This document shows positions 48,797 through 57,711 of a stretch of 64,000 nucleotides of DNA, piece after piece. Within the stretch, counting starts at the first letter, position 1. Every line of letters starts with the position of its first letter. Where the stretch lies: IMG/VR virus record IMGVR_UViG_3300005613_000001, positions 248,001-312,000 of that record; one strand, written 5' to 3'. The translations under genes were made by a program, and so were the position numbers. The notes beneath the pieces are model-generated. The model saw only the letters and a list, made by a program, of their open reading frames with translations. It was not told the origin of the DNA and made no database searches.

Positions 48797-48813
48797 TACT
48801 CTATTATAGAGTA

Positions 48814-49701
48814 ATGAAAAGGAGACTGCAAATGAACTTTGCTATAATTGGCGTGGGTGGTTATGTAGCCAAAAAACATTTGAAAGCCATTAAGGATACG
48901 GGAAATAATCTTCTTGCTGCTGTCGATATACACGATTCAGTAGGTATTCTTGACTCTTTTTTCCCGAGGTGTCAATTTTTCACAGATCTTGAGAAATTCC
49001 TACATTTCATAGAGGGTAAAGTAGATTATGTTGTCGTTTGCACTCCTAATTATTTACATTTCACGCATTGTATGGCAGCGATCAGCTATGGTGCTAATGT
49101 AATCTGCGAGAAGCCCTTAACCCTCACTCCTACTGAGCTTCACATGTTGAAGTGTTTTGCTAGGGATAACAAAAAAACTGTAAATGTTATCCTCCAATTA
49201 AGATTGCATCCTGCCACTGAAGATTTAAAAACCGAGTCTATGAACAATGAAGTAAATCTTCGTTATATTACTCCAAGAGGGCAATGGTATGATGTGTCTT
49301 GGAAGGGAGATAAGAGTAAATCAGGCGGACTGTTAATGAATATTGGTGTCCATATGTTTGATTTGTTGTTACATCTGTATGGTGATATGGAAAGTCAAGC
49401 TGGAACTTACATACATGAAAAAACAGCAGGAGGCACTTTGTTTTTAAATAAGGCCAAAGTGCGTTGGCATCTTTCTACTTTTCATGATGAGTGGGATTCA
49501 CAAGAACCAACACCAAGTAGAATGCTTCAAGTTAATGGAAAGCCACATTGGTTTGATGATGATTTTAACGATTTGCATACATTAAGCTATGAAAAAATCC
49601 TAAATGGAGAGGGATTTACTATCGAAAATGCTAGAAAATCAATTGAATTAGTTAACGCCATATATAAAACATATGAAAGCAATTCTATTCGGGTGGGATA
49701 A
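48814..49701 (+). CDS. Gfo/Idh/MocA oxidoreductase, WbpB/WlbA-like
   Basis: FAIIGVGGYVAKKHL, DSVGILDS.FP, CTPNYLH, CEKPL, SWKGD..KSGG, NIGVHMFD, DLHTLSY. Confidence 0.9.
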   Translation: MKRRLQMNFAIIGVGGYVAKKHLKAIKDTGNNLLAAVDIHDSVGILDSFFPRCQFFTDLEKFLHFIEGKVDYVVVCTPNYLHFTHCMAAISYGANVICEKPLTLTPTELHMLKCFARDNKKTVNVILQLRLHPATEDLKTESMNNEVNLRYITPRGQWYDVSWKGDKSKSGGLLMNIGVHMFDLLLHLYGDMESQAGTYIHEKTAGGTLFLNKAKVRWHLSTFHDEWDSQEPTPSRMLQVNGKPHWFDDDFNDLHTLSYEKILNGEGFTIENARKSIELVNAIYKTYESNSIRVG

Positions 49702-50455
49702 AGATGTAGGTTTGATGGAATTGACCTACAAATGCTATATGAAGTTATGGCCTGGTTGCCCGCTAGAGTTTAGAGTCCCCATTAACGACATTAAAAACCC
49801 TGATTTTGAATATTTTAAAACGAGGCGGAATGTTTCATTACATCATTGTGATTCTCACATGCGAGATACATTCATTGCATTGTTAGATGGTATAGAAGAT
49901 GAAGAATGGATATATTGGTGTATTTCTGATCGTTACCCTGTTGCTCTACACCCAGATATACATAAGCTTTATAAAAGTATAAATGAAGTTCCCAATGATG
50001 TATCAACTATAAAACTGTTTTACTATCTTCGTTCTGACCGCCCATGTAATCAAAAATTTAAAATTGAAGGTTTGGATTTTTATGAAATTAAAGCAAAAAA
50101 CCCGGAATGGGGGTTTTGGCTTCATCAATTTGTAAAATGTAAATGGTTTAAAAACATAGTATTGCACAAATCAATTAAAGATTATAAAAAACCATCACAA
50201 GATAAACCTATTAAGATTAAACGTAAATTGAATGAAATTATGTCAAATGATAAATCAGTAGCTCCACACGAAGATGATAATTTACTCATATTGGGAGAAC
50301 CTTCTATGAGAAAAAATAGGCTGACAAAGAATGGATGTGAAGATTTAAATACGATGAAGTGCAAGCTTACTGGTCGCAAAGTTTCTAGCAAGTCAGTATA
50401 TTGGCCTGAAACTAAAAAAATAAAGCCCGGATATAAGGCTATTCGGGATCTTTAA
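49673..50455 (+). CDS. Hypothetical protein (possibly glycosyltransferase-related)
   Basis: ORF coupled to the oxidoreductase. Confidence 0.55.
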   Translation: MKAILFGWDKDVGLMELTYKCYMKLWPGCPLEFRVPINDIKNPDFEYFKTRRNVSLHHCDSHMRDTFIALLDGIEDEEWIYWCISDRYPVALHPDIHKLYKSINEVPNDVSTIKLFYYLRSDRPCNQKFKIEGLDFYEIKAKNPEWGFWLHQFVKCKWFKNIVLHKSIKDYKKPSQDKPIKIKRKLNEIMSNDKSVAPHEDDNLLILGEPSMRKNRLTKNGCEDLNTMKCKLTGRKVSSKSVYWPETKKIKPGYKAIRDL

Positions 50456-51851
50456 TTACTATTGGGTGACCTTCAGATTTAAGCGTATTGATTCTCTGTT
50501 CGGAGTGATCTCGTAAATAATCATTTATATTAAATAAAAAGTCATAATACTTGAGAACATCCTTATCTCCGGCAGTTCTTAAACCTCTACCCATTCGCTG
50601 AATAACACTATGTTCAGCTTTACCTCCAGCGGCATTAATTAGATTGTGTATTTTAACATCTAAGCCCTTGGAGATAATTTTTTGACTCACAATGGCGACG
50701 ACATTTTCTGATGTTCGTAGTTTCTCTATCACCTCCTTCCGAACACCAACCTTATCTTCTCCCTGAATCCAATAGGAGCCGGGGATCATTTGGTTTAATG
50801 TCGTCCCCTGTGTGAGCCTTTCTACTAATATTAGTGTCCGCCCCTTTAATTTTGTAGCTAGCCGTTGAATTATCCCATGTAAATAGTGATTCTCCGCGAT
50901 GCCGAACTTGACAGCATCTTGGAAAATTTCATAGGGCAATTGTGGGTCATCTATATCAAAGAAGACACATTCTGACCCTGACAGGATACCTCTTTCCTGT
51001 AGTGCTTGGGTTGTGAGTTCTCCTGTGTCGGTAGCTTTAGTTTTGAAAACGGGGCCGAAATACCCTCTTACTTTAAATTTATCTGTGCGGGCATTTTTGA
51101 ATGGCGTAGCACTGATGCCTATTCTAACAGGTGCATTTTTGAGTTTTCTATAAACCGACATTGGCACTTTGCTCATACATGCATGCACTTCATCTACAAG
51201 AAGTGCCTTAATACGAGGAAATAGTTTCTCAAGTTTTTTTACCGATTGGGTAGTTGAGCAAGTGATGATATTTGGTTTTTTCTTAGAGCCATGCAATAAA
51301 CCAACATTATCAAAATTACAATCTTTTAATACATCGTAGTTCTGTTCAGTTAGGTTGATGGTATCTGTTAAAACCAAAGTTGGGGTTCCTGGCGGCAAGG
51401 CACGCATTATGCCTGCGAAGATCGCTGTTTTCCCTGCCCCTGTTGGTGCTTTTACGATTCCTCTCTTGTATTTGAGACTTTGATTTATCAAATCCACTTG
51501 ATAATCACGCAATTCAAAAGACCCTTCTCCTCCTGGCATCCACCTGTTGAGGAAATCTTTATCAACGCTATCATATTGAAATTTGAAGCCACCTGTCTGG
51601 TCATCAATGTCATAGGGTTCTTTGAATTTGTATTTTAGAGCATATTCCACTTCTGGACGTAGGCCCGCGAGGAATCGCCCTTTTAATTTATCAAAGAAAT
51701 CCGTATAACCATCCCAACGCCCCTGTTTAAAAGCTGCCACATGCCAATACCCCTCTTCCCTGAATCGCATGGCCTCCCATAGCTTGTATTTTATAGCATC
51801 ATTAGAGGTTAGGATTTGACCGTATATGTTGTCCAAGCGCAATGTAGTCAT
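50439..51851 (-). CDS. UvsW-like SF2 helicase
   Basis: LRDYQ, APTGAGKT, LVDEVH, GISATP, GLDV, QRMGRGLR, YDF. Confidence 0.88.
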   Translation of the reverse strand: MTTLRLDNIYGQILTSNDAIKYKLWEAMRFREEGYWHVAAFKQGRWDGYTDFFDKLKGRFLAGLRPEVEYALKYKFKEPYDIDDQTGGFKFQYDSVDKDFLNRWMPGGEGSFELRDYQVDLINQSLKYKRGIVKAPTGAGKTAIFAGIMRALPPGTPTLVLTDTINLTEQNYDVLKDCNFDNVGLLHGSKKKPNIITCSTTQSVKKLEKLFPRIKALLVDEVHACMSKVPMSVYRKLKNAPVRIGISATPFKNARTDKFKVRGYFGPVFKTKATDTGELTTQALQERGILSGSECVFFDIDDPQLPYEIFQDAVKFGIAENHYLHGIIQRLATKLKGRTLILVERLTQGTTLNQMIPGSYWIQGEDKVGVRKEVIEKLRTSENVVAIVSQKIISKGLDVKIHNLINAAGGKAEHSVIQRMGRGLRTAGDKDVLKYYDFLFNINDYLRDHSEQRINTLKSEGHPIVIKDPE

Positions 51852-51857
51852 TATTTA

Positions 51858-51885
51858 ATTATATCAAAATCCACTTTTAAATCAA
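51858..51885 (-). promoter_or_regulatory. sigma70-like promoter, probably giving a leaderless helicase mRNA
   Basis: TTGATT-N16-TATAAT, 6 nt before ATG. Confidence 0.5.
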
Positions 51886-51944
51886 GTGGTTAATAGAAAT
51901 ATATAGAGTAGGCATGATGGAGTGCCATTTTGTAAAGGAGTGCT

Positions 51945-52274
51945 GTGTCTAAAACCACAATCGCAATTATTGCATTCATGTGGATTTTCGTGGGGGCTGT
52001 TGAATTATACGATGTTTATTATTCAATAAAACTTGCGGAATATCTCTACGATAATGAACTTAACCCTATTGGAAAGTATTTAATTCAATTGGATGGTGGT
52101 TCTGTTGCGCTTTTCATGGTTATGAAAATCACTGCAATGATTGGCGTTTTGTCAGGTGTCATTTTCTTTTTCCACACAAAGAGATATATTCTAGGATGGC
52201 TGTTCTTAATTTTAGCCTTTTCTTCCCGACTTATATTATTAATATTTCTTGAAACTGGGCACCTTTGGTTCTAG
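51945..52274 (+). CDS. Membrane protein
   Basis: Hydrophobic helices, D..Y.....ELNP motif; AAGGAG upstream. Confidence 0.6.
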   Translation: MSKTTIAIIAFMWIFVGAVELYDVYYSIKLAEYLYDNELNPIGKYLIQLDGGSVALFMVMKITAMIGVLSGVIFFFHTKRYILGWLFLILAFSSRLILLIFLETGHLWF

Positions 52275-52284
52275 ATAGAGTAAT

Positions 52285-52587
52285 ATGAAGAATTTCCGAA
52301 CATGGCTAGAACAGCGACAAAAAGGCAAGAGCCTGCCTGAAACGGGATACCCACATAGATATACGACAATTTATAGGGCTACCAATGAATTTGAATTCAA
52401 ATCAATGGATTATGTAACCCTGAGTCGTAAATGGGCAAAAGAACACGCCGAGCATCAAACGGCTGTGGAAGAAGAACCTTACCACGTTATAAGAGCTATG
52501 GTACAGGCAGATCAAGTTTTTGAGGCGTACAATCCAGGGGAATATTTTTACGACGGACCAACTATTCGCGGGAAGCTTTGCACTTAG
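52285..52587 (+). CDS. Small protein, possible ART-like fold, with CTS-like N-terminus
   Basis: MKNFRTWLEQ; TIYRA, DYVTLSRKWA, NPGEYFY. Confidence 0.5.
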   Translation: MKNFRTWLEQRQKGKSLPETGYPHRYTTIYRATNEFEFKSMDYVTLSRKWAKEHAEHQTAVEEEPYHVIRAMVQADQVFEAYNPGEYFYDGPTIRGKLCT

Positions 52588-52792
52588 GGCAAATTTTGAA
52601 TTCATCTACGATTTCCCAACCCACACCCCCAGGATCATGGGTTTTGACCCTCTTTTTTTTACCACCTAGCTGAATCATCCCTTGATTAGCGTATTTTCGG
52701 TAGGGATATGTCTTGCGCCGCTTCTTTGCAATATAGATGATTGCAGGAATCTTTGGTTTAACTATGGCGTTACATAAATCACAGCGGTACAT
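52562..52792 (-). CDS. Small Zn-finger protein (start moved to 52792)
   Basis: MYRCDLC...CPKC. Confidence 0.6.
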   Translation of the reverse strand: MYRCDLCNAIVKPKIPAIIYIAKKRRKTYPYRKYANQGMIQLGGKKKRVKTHDPGGVGWEIVDEFKICPKCKASRE

Positions 52793-52817
52793 TAAACTAT
52801 AATAGTATGAATTTAAT

Positions 52818-52851
52818 AAAAAAACACCCTCGCTTTTGGCGAGGGTGTTTT
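52818..52851. terminator. Bidirectional terminator-like hairpin
   Basis: AAAACACCCTCGC/GCGAGGGTGTTTT. Confidence 0.7.
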
Positions 52852-52872
52852 CTCGGTTGAAATGCTGTTTAT

Positions 52873-53268
52873 TTAGAAGCAGCAACCACCGTACCAGCCC
52901 CAATGTCGGAATACACGACGAATGGGCTGACAAGCCCGAGGCTGACAGACCCGAGGCTGGCAAGTGGCTTTTGGCTCACATACAGGCGGCGAACAGACTT
53001 CGGGTGCTGGTGTTTGGCATGATTGGCAACCAAACAAAGTACAGCTTCTCCTGAATGTCCGCGTCCTAACCAAAGCTGGCGCACTTGAGGGAGGTTCCAC
53101 GACTAAAGGCGTAACTGCGCCTTCTACCGTTTCTGGAACATCTGCCGGAACTGAGGTTGTTCCCTCAGGAATTTGGGCAGGGGGTTCCGCTCCTTCGGTT
53201 TCTGCTGGTTTGCAACCGATTACGGCCACAGCACCTAGCAACAACAAAACTCCTAGCAGTCGCTTCAT
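52873..53268 (-). CDS. Lipoprotein with Pro/Cys-rich C-terminus
   Basis: MKR + hydrophobic + lipobox VIGC; QP(R)xC repeats. Confidence 0.65.
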   Translation of the reverse strand: MKRLLGVLLLLGAVAVIGCKPAETEGAEPPAQIPEGTTSVPADVPETVEGAVTPLVVEPPSSAPALVRTRTFRRSCTLFGCQSCQTPAPEVCSPPVCEPKATCQPRVCQPRACQPIRRVFRHWGWYGGCCF

Positions 53269-53313
53269 TTGAGCAACCTCCTTGAAAAAAAGGTGGGAAA
53301 TAAGGGGGACTCT

Positions 53314-53502
53314 TTAGCCTTTATCCCAACAACGGACAAAGGCTCCACATAGCTTGCAATGCACATCTCCATCATGCCATCTCATGCTGTAATTGCGAAC
53401 TTCATGATGTTCAGGGTCAGAGCCGCAATTACGACATTTCATTTTGTTAGAACTCAGGTGTCCTACCTCTTCATTAGCCTGAATAACTTGCGTATCATCC
53501 AT
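53314..53502 (-). CDS. Small Zn-ribbon protein
   Basis: CRNC...CKLC. Confidence 0.55.
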   Translation of the reverse strand: MDDTQVIQANEEVGHLSSNKMKCRNCGSDPEHHEVRNYSMRWHDGDVHCKLCGAFVRCWDKG

Positions 53503-53716
53503 TTTGACGATTACTCTCCTTTGCTAATTGTAGTAATTGATACATTCCCAATGCAAATCCTAATACTACTCCCAAGATAACAAAGACGGGTAGTGTTCCT
53601 AATTTGCTATCTACCCAAATACCTCCTACACCTGGGAGTGCCATTGACAATGATATGGTGGTGACTCTAGATACCCACTCCATCGCTACCGCCATTGGTG
53701 GTCTCGGCTCGCTCAT
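53495..53716 (-). CDS. AtpZ/AtpI-like membrane protein
   Basis: PGVGGIWVDSKLGTLPVFVILGVVLG two-TM pattern. Confidence 0.7.
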   Translation of the reverse strand: MSEPRPPMAVAMEWVSRVTTISLSMALPGVGGIWVDSKLGTLPVFVILGVVLGFALGMYQLLQLAKESNRQNG

Positions 53717-54020
53717 TTTCTTCCTCCCGCATTTTTTCTGCTGTTACAGTAAATTTATATTTCTTATCTCGCTCAACCCCTAGCGCACGCATTACGTCAC
53801 CTGGGTAAAGCTGTTCCAAATATGCTTGAACTAATTTTGGCTCAAATTCAACACCACGCATTTGGCAAGTTTCTCTACAAGTTTCTTCTTCTAGTTTTCT
53901 ATCTGTTTCAAAATCTTCTGCGCCGACTACACCAATTTTATCTTCTTCTGACACACCACTCCACAAAAAACACTCTCCATCTCCACTTATCTTTGCAATG
54001 AAGGTGACTTTATTTTTCAT
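53667..54020 (-). CDS. Hypothetical protein
   Basis: ORF in operon. Confidence 0.55.
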   Translation of the reverse strand: MKNKVTFIAKISGDGECFLWSGVSEEDKIGVVGAEDFETDRKLEEETCRETCQMRGVEFEPKLVQAYLEQLYPGDVMRALGVERDKKYKFTVTAEKMREEENERAETTNGGSDGVGI

Positions 54021-54561
54021 TTTTAATGGCTTTTGCTAGGTCTAAGAAAACATTGCCTATTTTAACTAAATCATCAGGAGAATCTAAAGCAATCATCATT
54101 TTAGATTGAAACACACTGTCGTTATCTTCATAGGCTATTACAACTTCTGGAACGACACCTTCCTCTGTTTCCATTTTGTCAAGTTCAACTAGGAATTCTC
54201 CATTCTGCAAGACGCATTTACATTTTGGCTCTGCATCTTTAATGGCTTTATTATAATCAATGTAACCTAGCTCTGTGGCAACTTCCAACAGCTTGTCCCA
54301 ATGCTCATCTCCAATGGCTGCTGGATATGTTTGCATCGCATTATCAGCGGAGAAAACATCAACCAGAAATTTCCATTCTCCTATTTTACTGAACTCTTGG
54401 ACGTTAGGATAAGTCGTTATGCGAACCGGCTTTCCATTTTCGTCATGCCAACACCAGTACGTCCTATGATATGCCCCTTGTGGTGTTTTTTGTGTTTTCT
54501 CTACTTCAATTTCCGCCAGTTTTGGAAGCATGCAAAACTGCACTAAAGAATCTCTATCCAT
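54010..54561 (-). CDS. Hypothetical protein
   Basis: ORF in operon. Confidence 0.6.
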   Translation of the reverse strand: MDRDSLVQFCMLPKLAEIEVEKTQKTPQGAYHRTYWCWHDENGKPVRITTYPNVQEFSKIGEWKFLVDVFSADNAMQTYPAAIGDEHWDKLLEVATELGYIDYNKAIKDAEPKCKCVLQNGEFLVELDKMETEEGVVPEVVIAYEDNDSVFQSKMMIALDSPDDLVKIGNVFLDLAKAIKNEK

Positions 54562-54615
54562 TGGTTTAAATCCTAGTTATTAACAGTAAATACTTCCAGA
54601 ACAAAGGAGGTTTCT

Positions 54616-54837
54616 ATGACATTACTAGCAATTGCATGTCTAGTTCTCGCCGCCTTATTCCTTTGGAGATTTTTCACTCTTAAAAAGCAAAAAGAAGAAG
54701 AATCTGAGGAAAAAGGATTCGTAGTGATCGGAACTACAATTTTAGCTGTATGGCTATTTCCCGGTTCCGCCCTATTAATTATCGGCTTAATTTTAATCGC
54801 CCTGTTATGTGGCGGTTGCGGTGGCTGCGGAATGTAA
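54616..54837 (+). CDS. Small membrane protein ending in CGGCGGCGM
   Basis: AAGGAGG upstream; two TM segments. Confidence 0.6.
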   Translation: MTLLAIACLVLAALFLWRFFTLKKQKEEESEEKGFVVIGTTILAVWLFPGSALLIIGLILIALLCGGCGGCGM

Positions 54838-55641
54838 TCACGCCGCCCCTTTTAACTCCCTGAAAATTTCACTCAATGGTCGAGTGTCAATTCTATCGGG
54901 GCGTTCTATGTAAAGTTGCTTAGAAGCCTTGCTAATTCTAGCAAGGCTTCTAAATTCTTGCTCGTTATTTAATACCATCAAGTATTCTGTGATGATTTGA
55001 TCTGTGGGTGGGAATTGACCTTGAAGGTATACACACAATTTTTCAATGTGTTGTCCATCCTTATAGACATTTACAATATGTCCATTGTTTCCTGGCAACT
55101 GATAAACTAAACCTGATCTTGCCCGAACACTTACAAATCCAAATCTTAAATAGGCGCGATATTGCTTTTCCCCAATCACTCGCCTCAAAGTTTGTCTTGC
55201 ACGTAGTTCTCGCACATCATCCACTGGCCCTAAAGGATTTCTTGTGCGGATTGCTGGTGCTTGACGCGATCTAATTATTTCTTGTAGCCTTTGTTGTGGT
55301 GATTGGAGCGGTGTATAACCTTCAGCATAAAGATAAGGGGCGGGGTCGGTAGGTCCATACCACGCCATTCCCGTAGAGTCTTTCCTGATATAACATGTCT
55401 TATAGGTTTCTATATTGCTACTGCTAGTGATAGTAGCACGGTATTTAGTTGAACCTGAGCCCCAATCCCTCCAAGTATTTTGTCCCCAATCCATAGTGAC
55501 AAATGTTTTGCCATCTTCACCCAAATAACCACTGGTCGTATTATTGTCGTAAACTAGACAATTAGAAGCAGTAGTGGTTTTATTATAGGTGATCGGGTTA
55601 TAGGTGATCGTGTAATCATCACTGGCGGTGTAGCCGGTCAT
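54838..55641 (-). CDS. Hypothetical protein
   Basis: ORF, GGAGG upstream; C-terminal LC...FPPTD motif. Confidence 0.65.
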   Translation of the reverse strand: MTGYTASDDYTITYNPITYNKTTTASNCLVYDNNTTSGYLGEDGKTFVTMDWGQNTWRDWGSGSTKYRATITSSSNIETYKTCYIRKDSTGMAWYGPTDPAPYLYAEGYTPLQSPQQRLQEIIRSRQAPAIRTRNPLGPVDDVRELRARQTLRRVIGEKQYRAYLRFGFVSVRARSGLVYQLPGNNGHIVNVYKDGQHIEKLCVYLQGQFPPTDQIITEYLMVLNNEQEFRSLARISKASKQLYIERPDRIDTRPLSEIFRELKGAA

Positions 55642-55644
55642 TAA

Positions 55645-55995
55645 TTAGCCTCCTGCTACCATTGCTACTGGAAGAAATAAAACTTCCTCAGCGGTGGGAT
55701 CAAATTCTTTCATCACTTGATCGGTAGCTTTGCCATCAACTCCTACGTTATATGGCACTAAACCTTGTTTTACAAGATTGAGAAACATATCCTTCGCATC
55801 TCTAATTTGTTGTAAAACTCGGCTATCCCAAACTACTCGCTTGTCCCCATCATCGGCGGTCATTACCCGAAAAACTCTGTCCAGGTCACTAACCTCATTA
55901 GCATCTTGGACTAAGAGAGAATCAGGAATTTCAACCTCTACAGCAGCCCCTAATTTATTTGCCACTCTAACAACAGGTACGGCTAAGGTAGTCAT
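55645..55995 (-). CDS. Hypothetical protein ending in di-glycine
   Basis: C-terminus EFDPTAEEVLFLPVAMVAGG; GGAG upstream. Confidence 0.65.
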   Translation of the reverse strand: MTTLAVPVVRVANKLGAAVEVEIPDSLLVQDANEVSDLDRVFRVMTADDGDKRVVWDSRVLQQIRDAKDMFLNLVKQGLVPYNVGVDGKATDQVMKEFDPTAEEVLFLPVAMVAGG

Positions 55996-56207
55996 TTGCT
56001 TCTCCTGACTGAATCAATAAATTCTTGTTCTTCGGGTGTGGGTGGAAGTAAAAAATCCAGAAGCCACGGCAAATCATCTCTAATTAGATGAAATGCAGGA
56101 TCGCCAATTTCAAATTTACGTTCTTCATGAGGAAGCTTATAAAGAACTTCCATTCTTTTCTTTTCTATTTCTTTAGCTCGTTCTATGTCTTCAGGCGAAA
56201 AATTCAT
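55992..56207 (-). CDS. Hypothetical protein
   Basis: Coupled ORF. Confidence 0.55.
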   Translation of the reverse strand: MNFSPEDIERAKEIEKKRMEVLYKLPHEERKFEIGDPAFHLIRDDLPWLLDFLLPPTPEEQEFIDSVRRSK

Positions 56208-56503
56208 TGCTTGAAAAAACTAATTATTGCTGCATCTCGTTCTGATCCTTGCCCCTCCTTGGCAATAGATTCATCAGAAACAGCACTAGGAGGCGGGCAA
56301 ATCTCTTCGGCGGGCTTGTTGTCAAAACGTCCCGTTTCTTTTATCACACCATTCTTAATGACTCTTTGGTGTTTGTGTCCGCAATTAGGGCAGACAATTT
56401 CTACTGTCCTATTGAGGGCCATATTGAGGCGTATGAGGATGTATTTCCCACACCCGCCTCCACTCTTAGTACAATAGAATTCTTGCCAAACTCTATCTGC
56501 CAT
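56204..56503 (-). CDS. Zn-ribbon protein
   Basis: CTKSGGGC...CPNC.H.H. Confidence 0.6.
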   Translation of the reverse strand: MADRVWQEFYCTKSGGGCGKYILIRLNMALNRTVEIVCPNCGHKHQRVIKNGVIKETGRFDNKPAEEICPPPSAVSDESIAKEGQGSERDAAIISFFKQ

Positions 56504-56504
56504 T

Positions 56505-56837
56505 CTAATCCCAATCTACGATATCTTCGGATTCAATCCGCTCACGTAGTTCGTCAAGAATCTCTGGATTCTCAGCAATTCTCTTGGCTATTTTAGTAGC
56601 CATTATTTTCTGTTGTTCGTTCATTTTTCTATTAAAAATGAATCCAGGGTCAGCAGGGTAATATTCTTCATCTGTCAGTTTGAGTTCACCAGATTCACCA
56701 ACAAATTCAAAATTATCTCCACAGTTCCAACACTTGAACCCTTCAGGATCAACAGTAGTAACGTCTTCTAAATCGCCTACATTTAGAAAATTCTTTGATT
56801 CACATGAAGGGCATTTAATCTCATGCCAGGTGTTCAT
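56505..56837 (-). CDS. Zn-ribbon protein
   Basis: CPSC...CWNC. Confidence 0.6.
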   Translation of the reverse strand: MNTWHEIKCPSCESKNFLNVGDLEDVTTVDPEGFKCWNCGDNFEFVGESGELKLTDEEYYPADPGFIFNRKMNEQQKIMATKIAKRIAENPEILDELRERIESEDIVDWD

Positions 56838-57232
56838 TATCCCACCGTGAATTTGTCAAGTTCTGTGAAAGTGTTCCCGGCTTGAATCTTAGTGACTTCA
56901 ATGTAGGCATCCAAAGTGCCTGAAATGATGCCCGATTTCACCGTCAGTAATGTGCCTCGTTGCTTGTCTACAAAAGACCACTCTCTGCCGGGAAATCTAG
57001 CTAAATCTTCCCAAGCTTTAAACCACTCACCTGATGGCACGGCAACTTTTAAATTTTCAGCATCAACGTGAAAATGAACTTCACCTTGATTTTCATGAAA
57101 TCTAACTTGTTGCTTCATCTCTGGAACAGGTGTGATAACTTGAGGCGGGGGAGCGGCTGGGGGAGGTCCAACGGTAGCTCCTGGTTTAACCGCAGCGGCA
57201 GGACCAACTTGTGCTTGTCTTTCACCACCCAT
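56837..57232 (-). CDS. Hypothetical protein (start moved to 57232)
   Basis: AGGAG upstream of MGGERQ; Pro/Ala-rich N-terminus. Confidence 0.6.
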   Translation of the reverse strand: MGGERQAQVGPAAAVKPGATVGPPPAAPPPQVITPVPEMKQQVRFHENQGEVHFHVDAENLKVAVPSGEWFKAWEDLARFPGREWSFVDKQRGTLLTVKSGIISGTLDAYIEVTKIQAGNTFTELDKFTVG

Positions 57233-57242
57233 GACTTTTCTC

Positions 57243-57668
57243 CTAATTGCAAAAGAATTGGGGTTCTTCCCCAGGGGCAAACCCCTCGTTGACAACTGTT
57301 GTTTCAGGCCCAATCCCGCCCTTGAATCTATCTGCTAAAGCCTGCAAGTCTTTTTCGTAAGCTAAAACAAAATTATAATTAGGAGTTCCAATTAATACAT
57401 CTTGTCCCGATCTTAACCTTTCTATTGTTTCATCATGAAGGACAAAACAAAATCCTACACCGGGATTAGATTTTAATGATTCCCCATATTCTTCCCAATC
57501 GGGACCATTATATGTAATTAAAATGAATCGTGGATCATTCAAACCCACTTCAAGAGCTTGGAAACTAATTGGGTGGTCCTTCTTCAATTCTGAAATATTA
57601 CCTTCATCAAGACCCAGTATCACTGTGTCATTTTCGCCATCCCCGCCTTTGGTGAGAAGTTTAAGCAT
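57243..57668 (-). CDS. Hypothetical protein (start moved to 57668)
   Basis: MLKLLTKGG...LGLDEGNISEL. Confidence 0.55.
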   Translation of the reverse strand: MLKLLTKGGDGENDTVILGLDEGNISELKKDHPISFQALEVGLNDPRFILITYNGPDWEEYGESLKSNPGVGFCFVLHDETIERLRSGQDVLIGTPNYNFVLAYEKDLQALADRFKGGIGPETTVVNEGFAPGEEPQFFCN

Positions 57669-57682
57669 AGGATACCCATGAC

Positions 57683-57708
57683 AAAAAGCCCCCATTCGGG
57701 GGCTTTTT
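57683..57708. terminator. Bidirectional terminator-like hairpin
   Basis: AAAAAGCCCCC-ATTC-GGGGGCTTTTT. Confidence 0.7.
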
Positions 57709-57711
57709 GAT

